From NCBI GenBank assembly GCA_017403345.1, contig JAFQOH010000025.1, positions 25,602-89,601 of the forward strand: DNA of 64,000 nt. Direction: 5' to 3'. Of the stretch, positions 19,901 through 28,903 are shown one piece after another. This DNA comes from Thermoguttaceae bacterium. Lineage in GTDB: Bacteria > Planctomycetota > Planctomycetia > Pirellulales > Thermoguttaceae. The translations under genes and the position numbers were made by a program. Under the pieces are notes generated by a model. The model was not told the origin of the DNA, did no database searches, and was given only the letters and a program-made list of their open reading frames with translations. How positions within the stretch are numbered: the stretch's first letter is position 1; every line of letters starts with the position of its first letter.

Positions 19901-22711
19901 ATGAGGACGATTTTGAAATTCACACTGAATATTCTTTCAATCTCGGCAGGCCCGGCAGTATTTCTTCTGTTTTGGACGCTCGGAGGTCTGACGTGCCTTG
20001 GCTGGGGGATCTGGGCCGCTCCCGACACGCAATTTCCAGCCGCATTTGCACCATTTTCCGACACGCTCGCCTCAATTCCGGACACGTTTGCGTTTTTCCG
20101 GAATCCATTCTGTGCGCTCGGAACGCTTCTTCTTTGCCTAACGTACCTACTGTGGCTCGGTTTCATGTACGATGCGGAACGCAGACGGTTCTTTTTTTCC
20201 GTTTCTCTGAGTCTTCTGCTGCACGCAGGCCTTTTTCTTTTGCTGAAAGAGGCGATCGTCGGTCAAGAACTTAAACGGGAAACAGAAGTCGCGCTGAACC
20301 TTCAGGAACTGCATCACAAAGCGCCGGTCATCGTGAACGATTTTTACTATGGCGACCTGGAAGGAGACGAAGTTTTCCAAGATCCCTCACAGGAAGAGGT
20401 AAATGAAGAAGAAAATGAGGAGGACAATGAAAATGAAAAGGAAGAGGAGGAAAACACCAAGCCCCAGCCTCAGGATACCGCTCCGGAAATACCGCCAGTA
20501 ATGGAATCGTTGGGAGAATACTCCGAAGTAAAGAAACAGCTTCAGCGAGTGGAAGATTCCCACAAAGAGCTGGAATCCCAGCAGGAAGCATCAACGCCCC
20601 AGAATGGAGAAGATGCCCGCTCGCAAGCAGGAGACATCAAGCCATCCCCGATCGAGGCCCCGGACCATAAATACTCCGAAAAATACACAAACAACCCCGC
20701 AGATGAAAATAAAAAGAAGGCGCCCTTCGCCATGCCGCAGCTTCATGTGGCAGAAGCCCAGATTTCAGGTCTCATTGGCTCAGAAAGTCCCCAATTGGGC
20801 GATTTGACAGAGCAAACGGAACTGCATTCCGCAGAATCAGTAGAGCGCAGGACCGTAAATCTTCAGGAAGAGGCACGAAAACGAAACAAACAGAAGGGTA
20901 AATTTCGTCAGGCACTGAATGAAAATCAGAAAAAAAAGCCGCGCGGCAAAATCTCTCGGAAGGGAGAAGATGTCGTTGCCGGTCAGCCTAGAAACTGGGG
21001 GGAAACTCCGAAAGGTTCCAGGGCCGGAAGTGCCAGTAACGAGCTCGGCGAACTGCGTTCCGGACTTGGAGAAGAACGTGCCCCTTCCGCAGGAATGGCA
21101 AGCGTGGACGTTTCGAAAAATCCCACGAAAAACAAACCCGGCAAAACGCTGAAAACCGCCCCGGCAAAGCCTAAAAGAAGCGGAGGCCAGACCCTCGGTG
21201 CCCGTGCCGGAGAAGATGAAAATCTGGACGCAGTTCTCGCAGGCGCTATCAGCGGCGTGTCGGACGCAGTGCTTGAAACGACGGCAATGACGGAAGAGGT
21301 CATGGGTTCCAACGTTCTTGAGGCCGAAAAGAAAGAAGTCCTCAAAAATGTCGTCGTTTTCCAATTTGAGGAATCTGACATTCCGGAAATGGGCTTCCAG
21401 CCCAGCACGACAGAACTTTCGGAAAATGAAGAGGATACGTGGCTCACGGAAGAGGAAGATCCCTTGGCAAGTCCGGAAACTCCAGTCGAGGAATTACTTC
21501 CCGAGATTTCAGGCCCCAAACTGCAGGCGTGCTTGCCGTTCCGCCAAAGGATGAGGAAAGATCACCAAGAAATGATCGAAAAAGCTGGTGGAAACCCGGA
21601 GACGGAAGCAATCATCGAGCACGGATTAGAGTACCTGAGCCGAACGCAGTTCGAAGATGGTCACTGGTCGCTAAATTTCGTTCCCAACGGCCTTCCAGAC
21701 GGCATGGATCGTGAAACGTACGGATTCGGCACCATTCACGCAGATACAGCAGCAACGGGACTGGCGCTCCTGACTTACCTTGGCGCTGGGCATACACATT
21801 TGGCGTCAGACGAGAAAAAACCGTACACAGAAACTGTAAACCGTGCCCTTACCTGGCTGCTCCGAAATCAGCAGCCGGACGGAAGTCTGTTCTCCGTAAA
21901 ATCGGACGCACACCGATACGGCCGGATCTACTCGCACGGCATGGCTACGATCGCGCTTTGCGAGGCGTACGGAATGACGCGTGACGAACGCCTTCGCGAA
22001 CCCGCACAGCGCGCCATTGATTTTATCGTCAAAGCACAAGGTCCGCAAGGAGGCTGGCGCTACACACCCGCTAAAAATGACGGAGTCTGGCGCGGCGAGT
22101 CGGATACTTCAGTGACGGGCTGGCAAATGATGGCGCTGGTCAGTGCGAAAATGGCGGGCCTGCGCGTTCCGGATCACTGTTTCCAAAAGGTAGAAAACTG
22201 GCTCGAAACGGCAGCCATAAATGGAGGGGAACGCTATTGCTATCTGCCGGTCAAAAATCCGCAGAATGAAGAGATGGAGAAATGGAAGAAACCCTCATAC
22301 GCCATGACCGCGGAAGGGCTTTTGATGGAACTTTACCTCGATCATGACTCGAAGACACCAGAATTCCACAGTGCAGCTTCCTACCTCATGAAAAATACGC
22401 CGACCATGATGCGGGCACGCCGCGATACCTACTACTGGTACTATGCAACGCAGGTCTTCTTCCACCTCCAGGACGAAAGCTGGCAGGAGTGGCAGTCCCA
22501 CATGTTCACCGCGCTGAAAAATTCGCAGGAGCTGGAAGATCCATTCCTAAAAGGAAGCTGGTCGCCGTATGGAAAAGCTTCGGACCATTGGGGACAGGTC
22601 GCCGGAAGACACTATGTCACCACGATGCACATTCTCATGCTGGAAGTTTACTATCGTTACCTTCCGCTTTTCAAGGAACTTAACGGCATAAAGACGCAAA
22701 GCCAGCCGTAA
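19901..22711 (+). CDS. Polytopic membrane protein with TonB-like anchor helix, long charged spacer and C-terminal prenyltransferase/terpene-cyclase-like alpha/alpha-toroid domain
   Basis: Four N-terminal hydrophobic helices. The last is RRRFFFSVSLSLLLHAGLFLLL, with S-x3-H-x6-L spacing. An E/K/P/N-rich region of ~400 aa follows. The C-terminal ~380 aa has repeats typical of prenyltransferase/squalene-cyclase folds (FEDGHWS, NQQPDGSLFS, AQGPQGGWRY, SVTGWQMMAL). Confidence 0.7.
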   Translation: MRTILKFTLNILSISAGPAVFLLFWTLGGLTCLGWGIWAAPDTQFPAAFAPFSDTLASIPDTFAFFRNPFCALGTLLLCLTYLLWLGFMYDAERRRFFFSVSLSLLLHAGLFLLLKEAIVGQELKRETEVALNLQELHHKAPVIVNDFYYGDLEGDEVFQDPSQEEVNEEENEEDNENEKEEEENTKPQPQDTAPEIPPVMESLGEYSEVKKQLQRVEDSHKELESQQEASTPQNGEDARSQAGDIKPSPIEAPDHKYSEKYTNNPADENKKKAPFAMPQLHVAEAQISGLIGSESPQLGDLTEQTELHSAESVERRTVNLQEEARKRNKQKGKFRQALNENQKKKPRGKISRKGEDVVAGQPRNWGETPKGSRAGSASNELGELRSGLGEERAPSAGMASVDVSKNPTKNKPGKTLKTAPAKPKRSGGQTLGARAGEDENLDAVLAGAISGVSDAVLETTAMTEEVMGSNVLEAEKKEVLKNVVVFQFEESDIPEMGFQPSTTELSENEEDTWLTEEEDPLASPETPVEELLPEISGPKLQACLPFRQRMRKDHQEMIEKAGGNPETEAIIEHGLEYLSRTQFEDGHWSLNFVPNGLPDGMDRETYGFGTIHADTAATGLALLTYLGAGHTHLASDEKKPYTETVNRALTWLLRNQQPDGSLFSVKSDAHRYGRIYSHGMATIALCEAYGMTRDERLREPAQRAIDFIVKAQGPQGGWRYTPAKNDGVWRGESDTSVTGWQMMALVSAKMAGLRVPDHCFQKVENWLETAAINGGERYCYLPVKNPQNEEMEKWKKPSYAMTAEGLLMELYLDHDSKTPEFHSAASYLMKNTPTMMRARRDTYYWYYATQVFFHLQDESWQEWQSHMFTALKNSQELEDPFLKGSWSPYGKASDHWGQVAGRHYVTTMHILMLEVYYRYLPLFKELNGIKTQSQP

Positions 22712-22751
22712 TGCACACACGGCTCAGTTTCGTGAAGCGGGCTAAACAAAA

Positions 22752-22803
22752 GCGGTCTCCGAGCGGTAAAGGACCTATTTCCGACGCTCAGACCGCATTT
22801 TTC
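22752..22803 (+). terminator. Rho-independent terminator candidate
   Basis: gcggtct(cc)gagcg ... cgctcagaccgc forms a 12-bp stem with a 2-nt bulge, followed by atttttc. Confidence 0.5.
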
Positions 22804-23017
22804 TTTCATCTCGCGCAGGCCCAGATCCTGGCAAAGTCCCGCTGATCCTGATTTGGAGGGAGATCTGCCGCATCATAAAAAACTCAGCCGGTCCAAAATA
22901 TTACGGTTGCACAGGAGCAGAAGTCCTGCGAAACTTCAAAATTTGCCGTACTATCCCCAAAAGTCATGAAAATCCCCAAAAAATTTCGTGAAATCACAAA
23001 ATTTTCTTTTCGTGCTC

Positions 23018-23045
23018 TTGATTTTCCAGCCATGTTCGGTATACT
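23018..23045 (+). promoter_or_regulatory. Sigma-70-like promoter candidate upstream of the helicase-nuclease gene
   Basis: TTGATT (23018-23023), 16-nt spacer, TATACT (23040-23045). Confidence 0.4.
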
Positions 23046-23141
23046 TAATAAAATGGAGTGCTGCCGATCACGCCAAATGCCAACTTACGGTCCGAAATTT
23101 CAGAAGTCCTGAAAAATTGACTGCAGATCACGCAATGCCGC

Positions 23142-23218
23142 AGCATGATCACAGCATGATCACAGCATGATCACAGCATGATCACAGCATGATCACAGCA
23201 TGATCACAGCATGATCGA
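23142..23218. repeat. 11-bp tandem repeat x 7 carrying phased TGATCA/GATC sites
   Basis: agcatgatcac starts at 23142, 23153, 23164, 23175, 23186, 23197 and 23208. Each unit holds one GATC (within TGATCA in six of the seven units; the last reads tgatcg), one ATG and one TGA. Confidence 0.9.
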
Positions 23219-23298
23219 AAGACTCGGCGGAAGAGGCCGGGACATTCGATCTTCCTCCTCCTTTTCGTTTTCCAAAGTTCCATCCATCACAGAATCCC

Positions 23299-26200
23299 AT
23301 GAAATCCAATTTACTGATCCGCGCCTCAGCAGGCTCCGGAAAAACCCGCCAGCTCAGCCTCCGTTACCTGGAACTGATCGCCAGCGGAGTCCCCATTCCG
23401 CGCATCCTGGCCTCCACATTCACCCGGAAGGCTACGGGGGAGATCCTGAATCGGATCCTCCTCTCTGCCGCTCAGGCGTGTCGGGATGATGCGCTTCGGA
23501 ATGAACTCTCGCAAAACATTGGCCGTGAAATTTCATCGAAAGAAATGGAACAGCTCATGCGTCAGCTCGTCATGGGTCTAAATCAGATCCGTGCCTGCTC
23601 GCTCGATGGATTCTTCACGCGCATTGCGTTCTGTTTTCCGTATGAAATGGGTCTAAAACCGGGCTGGATGATCCTGGATGACGTCGATGATGTGCATCTG
23701 CGCTGGAACGCGATCCAGAAAACGCTCCGCGACAATCGGAAAAACGCCCCGACTCTCGTGCGTCAACTCTTCAAAGGAGAAAACCGGACGCAGTTGGCAA
23801 ATGAGATCTCTGAACAGATCCGTAAACTGCTATCGCTCAAGCGAGAAGCAGATGAAAACGCATGGAACGCTCTCATGGACCCAACGATCTGGGTCCCGGG
23901 AGAAAAAACGCCGTTTGCGTGGTTCCTGAACGAAGCAGAAATCGTAGAGATCCTTAACTGTTTGGAGGAAGAAGCAGAAAAAGCAAGTGAAAATCCCGAT
24001 GGAAAAAAGAACCTGCTGAAGGCATTAAATAAGATCATTCCGCAACTCCGTATCAATGACTGGGTCGGGCTGGCAAATGAAAAGACCATTCAAAACGCGT
24101 TTCAGGCCGACTCCAACGGAATGTTTTTATTCTACGGACATGAATTTAAGTTTGAAGAACTGCGTCTCCCGCTCATCCGTCTTGCCCGTCATTGCGCTGC
24201 AATGTACTTCCGGCTCATGCAAGAACAGACGCATGCCGTCTACGAACTGATGGACGGATTTTCAGCACACTACGACCAGAGCAAACTAGACGCCAACGGC
24301 TTGCGTTTCGAGGATCTGGCTCGATTTACCGCAAAATTCATCGAAAAATTGAATGGAAATCTTCAGCCGCTTTTCTGGCGCATGAATTCCTCCATCGACC
24401 ATCTGCTTCTCGACGAATTTCAGGATACGTCGCTTGATCAGTGGCGCATTTTCCTTCCGTTCGGGAAACACTGTACCGCAGGAAACGGCCGCACTTTCTT
24501 CTGCGTCGGAGACGTCAAGCAGGCGATCTACCGCTGGCGAAACGGCCGGTCCGAAATCTTCAACGCCATTGAAAATACTTTTCCCGGGATCGAACAGGAG
24601 AGCAGCAACACGAGCTGGCGAAGTGCTCCGGAGATCCTTCACTGCGTCAACCGTTTCTTCCACGATCCGGTGAAAGACCCCTCCGCTCCACAGCCCGATC
24701 CCTTTGCCTGCGGGATCGACGGAGTTCCGCTCCGTTCTCTCCTCGACAAAACCGCCTCTGCCGCATGGGACGATTGGCGTTTTGAAACACACAAAGTGTC
24801 GCCCAAATCGGCAAAGTATCCCGGCTACTGGGAACTGCGCACTATGTGCGAAGGAAAGTCAAAAAGTAAAAATGGAAGTGATGCCGACGCAGCACTGGAA
24901 AGCGATGCGGATCCTGCGGAAGATCCCCAGCTCCAGTGGACGGCAGATCAGATCGCGGAGATCTATCGAAACGCCGGCGGGATCCATCGGATCGGAGTCC
25001 TCTTCCGCACCAACTCCCCCATGCCGAAACTGGCCCATTTACTGCGGAAAAAAGGGATCCCGGTCAGTGAGGAAGGCAAGATCCCGCTCACGACTTCGAC
25101 GGCAGTCCGCCTTTTGCTTTCACTTTTGAGCCTCATGGACTTTCCCGACAGTTCGATGGACTGGTTCTACGTTGGAAATTCACCGCTTGCAGAACGATTT
25201 CCGGAACTGGCGTGGAAAGAACTCCGTCTCATTCCCCAAGAAGAGGCAGCCGAGATCCAAACCGTCCGCTCCCGTTGTCTCGCTCAGCTGCGCGAACGAT
25301 TTCAGGCTTTCGGCATCGGAACATTCTTGGAAGAGCTCGTCCGTTTTCTCGAACCGCGCTGTACGAAGGAAGAAGTACGGCGTCTTCAGCAATTCCTGAA
25401 CCTTGCAGCCGCATTCACTCAAAATTCCCGATCCGAACGAATCGCTGATTTCGTCACGTACATCAAAACCAGCGGCTTGGAAGATCCTTCCGACGCCGCC
25501 GTTTCCCTAATGACGATCCACAAATCCAAGGGACTGCAGTTTGATGCCGTAGTCCTTCCGGAACTCAATTTTGAGATCACGGGAAAATCGCCAAATTTCG
25601 TGCCGGGGTATCCGCAGGATGATGTACTGCAGGCCGTTTCTCTCGTGACGCCAGTGCCAAATAAAGAAATCAAAAAGGCTTTCTTTTCGGAAAATTCCCC
25701 AATTCTGAAAGCCATGATGCACAGTGAAAAAGAGCGCGCAAACGAAGCATTTTCCATGCTTTACGTCGCAATGACGCGGGCCGTCTACGCAATGTACCTT
25801 TTCGTCCCGCCGTCCAGCTCCTCTTCAAAATCCAAAGGCAAGATCCCTCCCAAAGGAAAGGCCTCCGACCTGCTGCGCATCACGTTCACTGGAGAGGAAG
25901 CCGCACCGCCGGAAGCACGACTCGTTTGGGACGGAGATGCGCAATGGTATTTAAAGACACCCCAAGCGTTGGCAGAGGAAGAGAAAACCAAAACACTGAT
26001 TTCTGAAAACGCAGTGTGTCCAGAATCTGAAATAAATGCAGAAATAAACACAGAAACGGATGCAGAAACGTACACTGCGGGAGAGTCAAGTTCAGAAATC
26101 GCGAAAATTGAACCCATCCTCTTCAAATGCGATCCGACGGCAAGCCGGAACCTGACTCGCAGAGCCCCCTCCAACATTGAAGACCGACGTTTTGTAGATC

Positions 26201-26832
26201 TCGGTAAAAAAATCGATTTCAGTCAGCAAAACACGGTCAACGGAAGTATTTTGCACAGTTGGTACGAAAAAATCGCGTGGGTCGAAAACAGCCTGCCGTC
26301 TGACGAAGAGCTCATTGCTGCAGCTAAACCATTCGGATTGGCCAAAGAACGGCTGGAACGGCTCCTGAAAAGTTTCCACAATTCGCTCAAAGCTCCTAAA
26401 CTGCATCGTGTTCTGCATTGGACAACTTACCTTCCTATGCTTCGCGAAAAAGTTCTGAAAGCCGGCATCCTGACAGACGAACAGATACCGAAGACGGTGA
26501 CTCGCAAGGACCCAGCAGATCCCAACGAGATCCGATGGGAAGTTTACTGCGAAAAGGAACTGGCGATACGCACTGAAGATGAACTCCTCCTCGGTACGCT
26601 GGACCGCCTCATCTTGCTAAGAAACGACGCAGAAATTTTCTGGGCAGACTGTATCGATTACAAAACGACGCGAAAAGTCAGCAGTCCCGAGGCTCTGGAA
26701 GAGAAGATCCGCTCGCATCAGCTCCAAATGGAAGACTATCGTAAAATGCTCCAGCTTCACTACCGGATCCCGGAGTCACGCATTTCGACGCATCTCGTCT
26801 TTTCCATGCTCGGCGTCGTGCGGGAAGTTTAG
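23299..26832 (+). CDS. UvrD/Rep-superfamily helicase fused to a C-terminal PD-(D/E)XK nuclease (AddA/RecB-like)
   Basis: Walker A ASAGSGKT, motif II LLLDEFQDTS, motif III VGDVKQAIYRWRNG, TIHKSKGLQFDAVVLPE, YVAMTRA. C-terminal nuclease motif GTLDRLIL ... WADCIDYKT. Confidence 0.85.
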   Translation: MKSNLLIRASAGSGKTRQLSLRYLELIASGVPIPRILASTFTRKATGEILNRILLSAAQACRDDALRNELSQNIGREISSKEMEQLMRQLVMGLNQIRACSLDGFFTRIAFCFPYEMGLKPGWMILDDVDDVHLRWNAIQKTLRDNRKNAPTLVRQLFKGENRTQLANEISEQIRKLLSLKREADENAWNALMDPTIWVPGEKTPFAWFLNEAEIVEILNCLEEEAEKASENPDGKKNLLKALNKIIPQLRINDWVGLANEKTIQNAFQADSNGMFLFYGHEFKFEELRLPLIRLARHCAAMYFRLMQEQTHAVYELMDGFSAHYDQSKLDANGLRFEDLARFTAKFIEKLNGNLQPLFWRMNSSIDHLLLDEFQDTSLDQWRIFLPFGKHCTAGNGRTFFCVGDVKQAIYRWRNGRSEIFNAIENTFPGIEQESSNTSWRSAPEILHCVNRFFHDPVKDPSAPQPDPFACGIDGVPLRSLLDKTASAAWDDWRFETHKVSPKSAKYPGYWELRTMCEGKSKSKNGSDADAALESDADPAEDPQLQWTADQIAEIYRNAGGIHRIGVLFRTNSPMPKLAHLLRKKGIPVSEEGKIPLTTSTAVRLLLSLLSLMDFPDSSMDWFYVGNSPLAERFPELAWKELRLIPQEEAAEIQTVRSRCLAQLRERFQAFGIGTFLEELVRFLEPRCTKEEVRRLQQFLNLAAAFTQNSRSERIADFVTYIKTSGLEDPSDAAVSLMTIHKSKGLQFDAVVLPELNFEITGKSPNFVPGYPQDDVLQAVSLVTPVPNKEIKKAFFSENSPILKAMMHSEKERANEAFSMLYVAMTRAVYAMYLFVPPSSSSSKSKGKIPPKGKASDLLRITFTGEEAAPPEARLVWDGDAQWYLKTPQALAEEEKTKTLISENAVCPESEINAEINTETDAETYTAGESSSEIAKIEPILFKCDPTASRNLTRRAPSNIEDRRFVDLGKKIDFSQQNTVNGSILHSWYEKIAWVENSLPSDEELIAAAKPFGLAKERLERLLKSFHNSLKAPKLHRVLHWTTYLPMLREKVLKAGILTDEQIPKTVTRKDPADPNEIRWEVYCEKELAIRTEDELLLGTLDRLILLRNDAEIFWADCIDYKTTRKVSSPEALEEKIRSHQLQMEDYRKMLQLHYRIPESRISTHLVFSMLGVVREV

Positions 26833-26848
26833 AGTCTCCCGCCGCCAT

Positions 26849-26887
26849 AAAAAAGCGGTCTGCGTCAGAAAAGTTCGCGCAGACCGC
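26849..26887 (-). terminator. Hairpin terminator between convergent genes
   Basis: 10-bp perfect stem gcggtctgcg / cgcagaccgc. On the minus strand it is followed by tttttt (plus-strand A-run 26849-26854). Confidence 0.6.
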
Positions 26888-26936
26888 CGAAAAGACCGCC
26901 AAAATCAAAAAATTTCCGCCTTTTTAACTCCCGCCT

Positions 26937-27725
26937 CTACTCGATGACGGTCCAAAAGCGTCCAGAACGCGTCTGGATCAGCTGAAGGTCCATTCCAAAA
27001 GCCAGTTTCAGATTCTCCTCTGTCAAAACCTCTTCGCGCAAGCCGTCTGCCATGATCCGTCCCTCCTTCAAGATCATCCCGTGCGTGAATTGCGGCAGGA
27101 TGTCTTCGATCCGCTGCGTGATAAAAACGAGAGTCAGCTCCGGCCGCGTTTCTGCCAACTCACGGATCGTACGGAGCAGAAACTCCCGTCCCGGAACGTC
27201 TAGATAAACATTCGGCTCATCTAGGATCATGAGTTCCGGATCCGTCATGAGTGCCCGTGCAATGAGGACCTTGACCTGCTCGCCTGAGGAAAGAACACGA
27301 ACTTTCTCATGAAGCAGATGCCCTGCGTTCAGCATTTCCAGCATCTCACGCGCTTTCTGCTCCTCTTCTTCCGAAATATCCTGAAAATACGTCCCCAATG
27401 TCGCATCTCGGCCCGAAAGGACGAGTTCGCACGCCGTCAGATTCGGATTCTGCGTGTACTGATGGACAAATGGACTCACCCACGCAATGCGTTTGCGCAG
27501 TTCCGGCAGGTTGATTTTTCCGTACTCTTCGCCAAGAATTCGGATCGTCGCGCCAAAACGCGGCCAAAGGTATCCGAGAAGCAGTTTCACGAGCGTCGTC
27601 TTCCCTGCCCCATTCGCACCGAGAATAAAGTACCGCTCTCCTTTTTCAACCGACCAGGAGATCCGGTCTAAAACGGTTTTCGTGCCAAAGATCACACTGG
27701 CGTTTTGAATATCGATCGTTTTCAT
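26937..27725 (-). CDS. Orphan ABC-transporter ATP-binding protein (ModF/YlmA-like)
   Basis: Walker A GANGAGKTT, signature LSSGEQ, Walker B LMILDEP, H-loop region VFITQRIED. No permease is adjacent. Confidence 0.85.
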   Translation of the reverse strand: MKTIDIQNASVIFGTKTVLDRISWSVEKGERYFILGANGAGKTTLVKLLLGYLWPRFGATIRILGEEYGKINLPELRKRIAWVSPFVHQYTQNPNLTACELVLSGRDATLGTYFQDISEEEEQKAREMLEMLNAGHLLHEKVRVLSSGEQVKVLIARALMTDPELMILDEPNVYLDVPGREFLLRTIRELAETRPELTLVFITQRIEDILPQFTHGMILKEGRIMADGLREEVLTEENLKLAFGMDLQLIQTRSGRFWTVIE

Positions 27726-27815
27726 CGTTGAAAAAATGGATCATGAAAAGAAAAATGAAAAAGGAAGTCACGAAATTCACGCATTTCGCTCCTTCCTTTT
27801 CCAGAAATCCCGCTT

Positions 27816-28145
27816 TTAGTGCCCCGCACAGCCCGCACACCCTGCGCCTGCCGGGAAATTCGGATTTTCGATCGAAAAACCAGCAGCCGTGTCCGTCTGC
27901 TTGAAATCGATGACCGTGCCGTCAAGGAATTCAGCGAACTTCTTGCGAGTGACGATGGCGATACCATCCGCTTCAAACCGTGTGTCGGTCAGCGGGTCAA
28001 ACTGATTATCAAACGCAAGCGCGTACTTCAGCCCGGAGCAGCCGCCGCCCGCGATTCCGATCCGGAGAAATCGGTCATCCGCGATATTTTGCGCCTGAAT
28101 GACGTCCTTAACTTTTTCGTTAGCTAATTCTGTGATCGTGATCAT
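27816..28145 (-). CDS. HesB/IscA/ErpA-family iron-sulfur cluster insertion protein
   Basis: 109 aa. LRIGIAGGGCSGLKYALAFD and C-terminal FSIENPNFPAGAGCAGCAGH. The C-terminal Cys pair is spaced C-x2-C rather than the usual C-G-C. Confidence 0.8.
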   Translation of the reverse strand: MITITELANEKVKDVIQAQNIADDRFLRIGIAGGGCSGLKYALAFDNQFDPLTDTRFEADGIAIVTRKKFAEFLDGTVIDFKQTDTAAGFSIENPNFPAGAGCAGCAGH

Positions 28146-28237
28146 TGGGTCTTTCCTGTCTGTACGTAAATTTTCAAAATCGAACTGCAGGAACAGCGGA
28201 GAACACCTGAACCTGACAAAAACGATGCAAAACGAGA

Positions 28238-28260
28238 TCCGAAACTCTCTGAAAAGAGAG
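28238..28260 (-). terminator. Small hairpin terminator candidate after grpE
   Basis: On the minus strand: ctctct-tttc-agagag followed by tttcggatctcgttttgc. Confidence 0.4.
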
Positions 28261-28263
28261 CAC

Positions 28264-28878
28264 TTACGGTTTCTTGCTCACGACGACCTGAGTCGGACGC
28301 ACGACCCGGTCATGAAGGAGGTAACCATCCTGCGCAACGAACAGAACGGAATTTTCCGGCACGTCTGCATTCGGCATCTGCGAGATCGCTTCATGGAAAT
28401 TCGGATCGAACGGCTTATCCTGCGCCTCGATGCGCGTACAGTGATTCTTCGCGAGCGCATCCGTCATCTGCTGGTAGATCATGCGGACCCCTTCCAGAAA
28501 CGAGTCATTCGCACCATCTGCCGCCCCTGCCGAAGCCGCCTCGATCGCGCGCTGCAGATTGTCCATGACCGGCAGGATCGAGCGGATCACTTCCATCCCC
28601 GAATACTTCCGCTCCTCCAAAAGCTCACGAGATGCACGGCGCCGAACATTATCCAGCTCCGCGTAAAGACGCAGGGAACGTTCCTTTTCTTCCTCCAGAG
28701 CTTGCTGAAGTTCCGCGACCGGATCAGCCGCAGTCTCCGCGTCAGCAACCGCCTCTTCAAGGCCGTCAACGACCGCTTCATCCACGGCATTCTGAACTTC
28801 TTCCGCCTGCTCATCGTTCTGTTCGGAAACGTCCGACTGCGGGGTCTCTTCCGGCGAGGTCTTCTTTTTAAAAATCAT
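28264..28878 (-). CDS. grpE: Nucleotide exchange factor GrpE
   Basis: Acidic N-terminus, coiled coil LRLYAELDNVRRRASRE and a C-terminal beta domain (VAQDGYLLHDRVVRPTQVVVSK). Confidence 0.85.
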   Translation of the reverse strand: MIFKKKTSPEETPQSDVSEQNDEQAEEVQNAVDEAVVDGLEEAVADAETAADPVAELQQALEEEKERSLRLYAELDNVRRRASRELLEERKYSGMEVIRSILPVMDNLQRAIEAASAGAADGANDSFLEGVRMIYQQMTDALAKNHCTRIEAQDKPFDPNFHEAISQMPNADVPENSVLFVAQDGYLLHDRVVRPTQVVVSKKP

Positions 28879-28903
28879 GTCTTTCTCCTGCCTTTCTCTT
28901 TCC

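Noticed and set aside
19579-20274. 231-aa plus-strand ORF covering the 17-bp repeat and the start of the 936-aa gene
   Set aside because: It is driven by the repeat (SQVGFPVRSVS iterations) and overlaps, out of frame, a gene with clear TM helices. There is no independent support.
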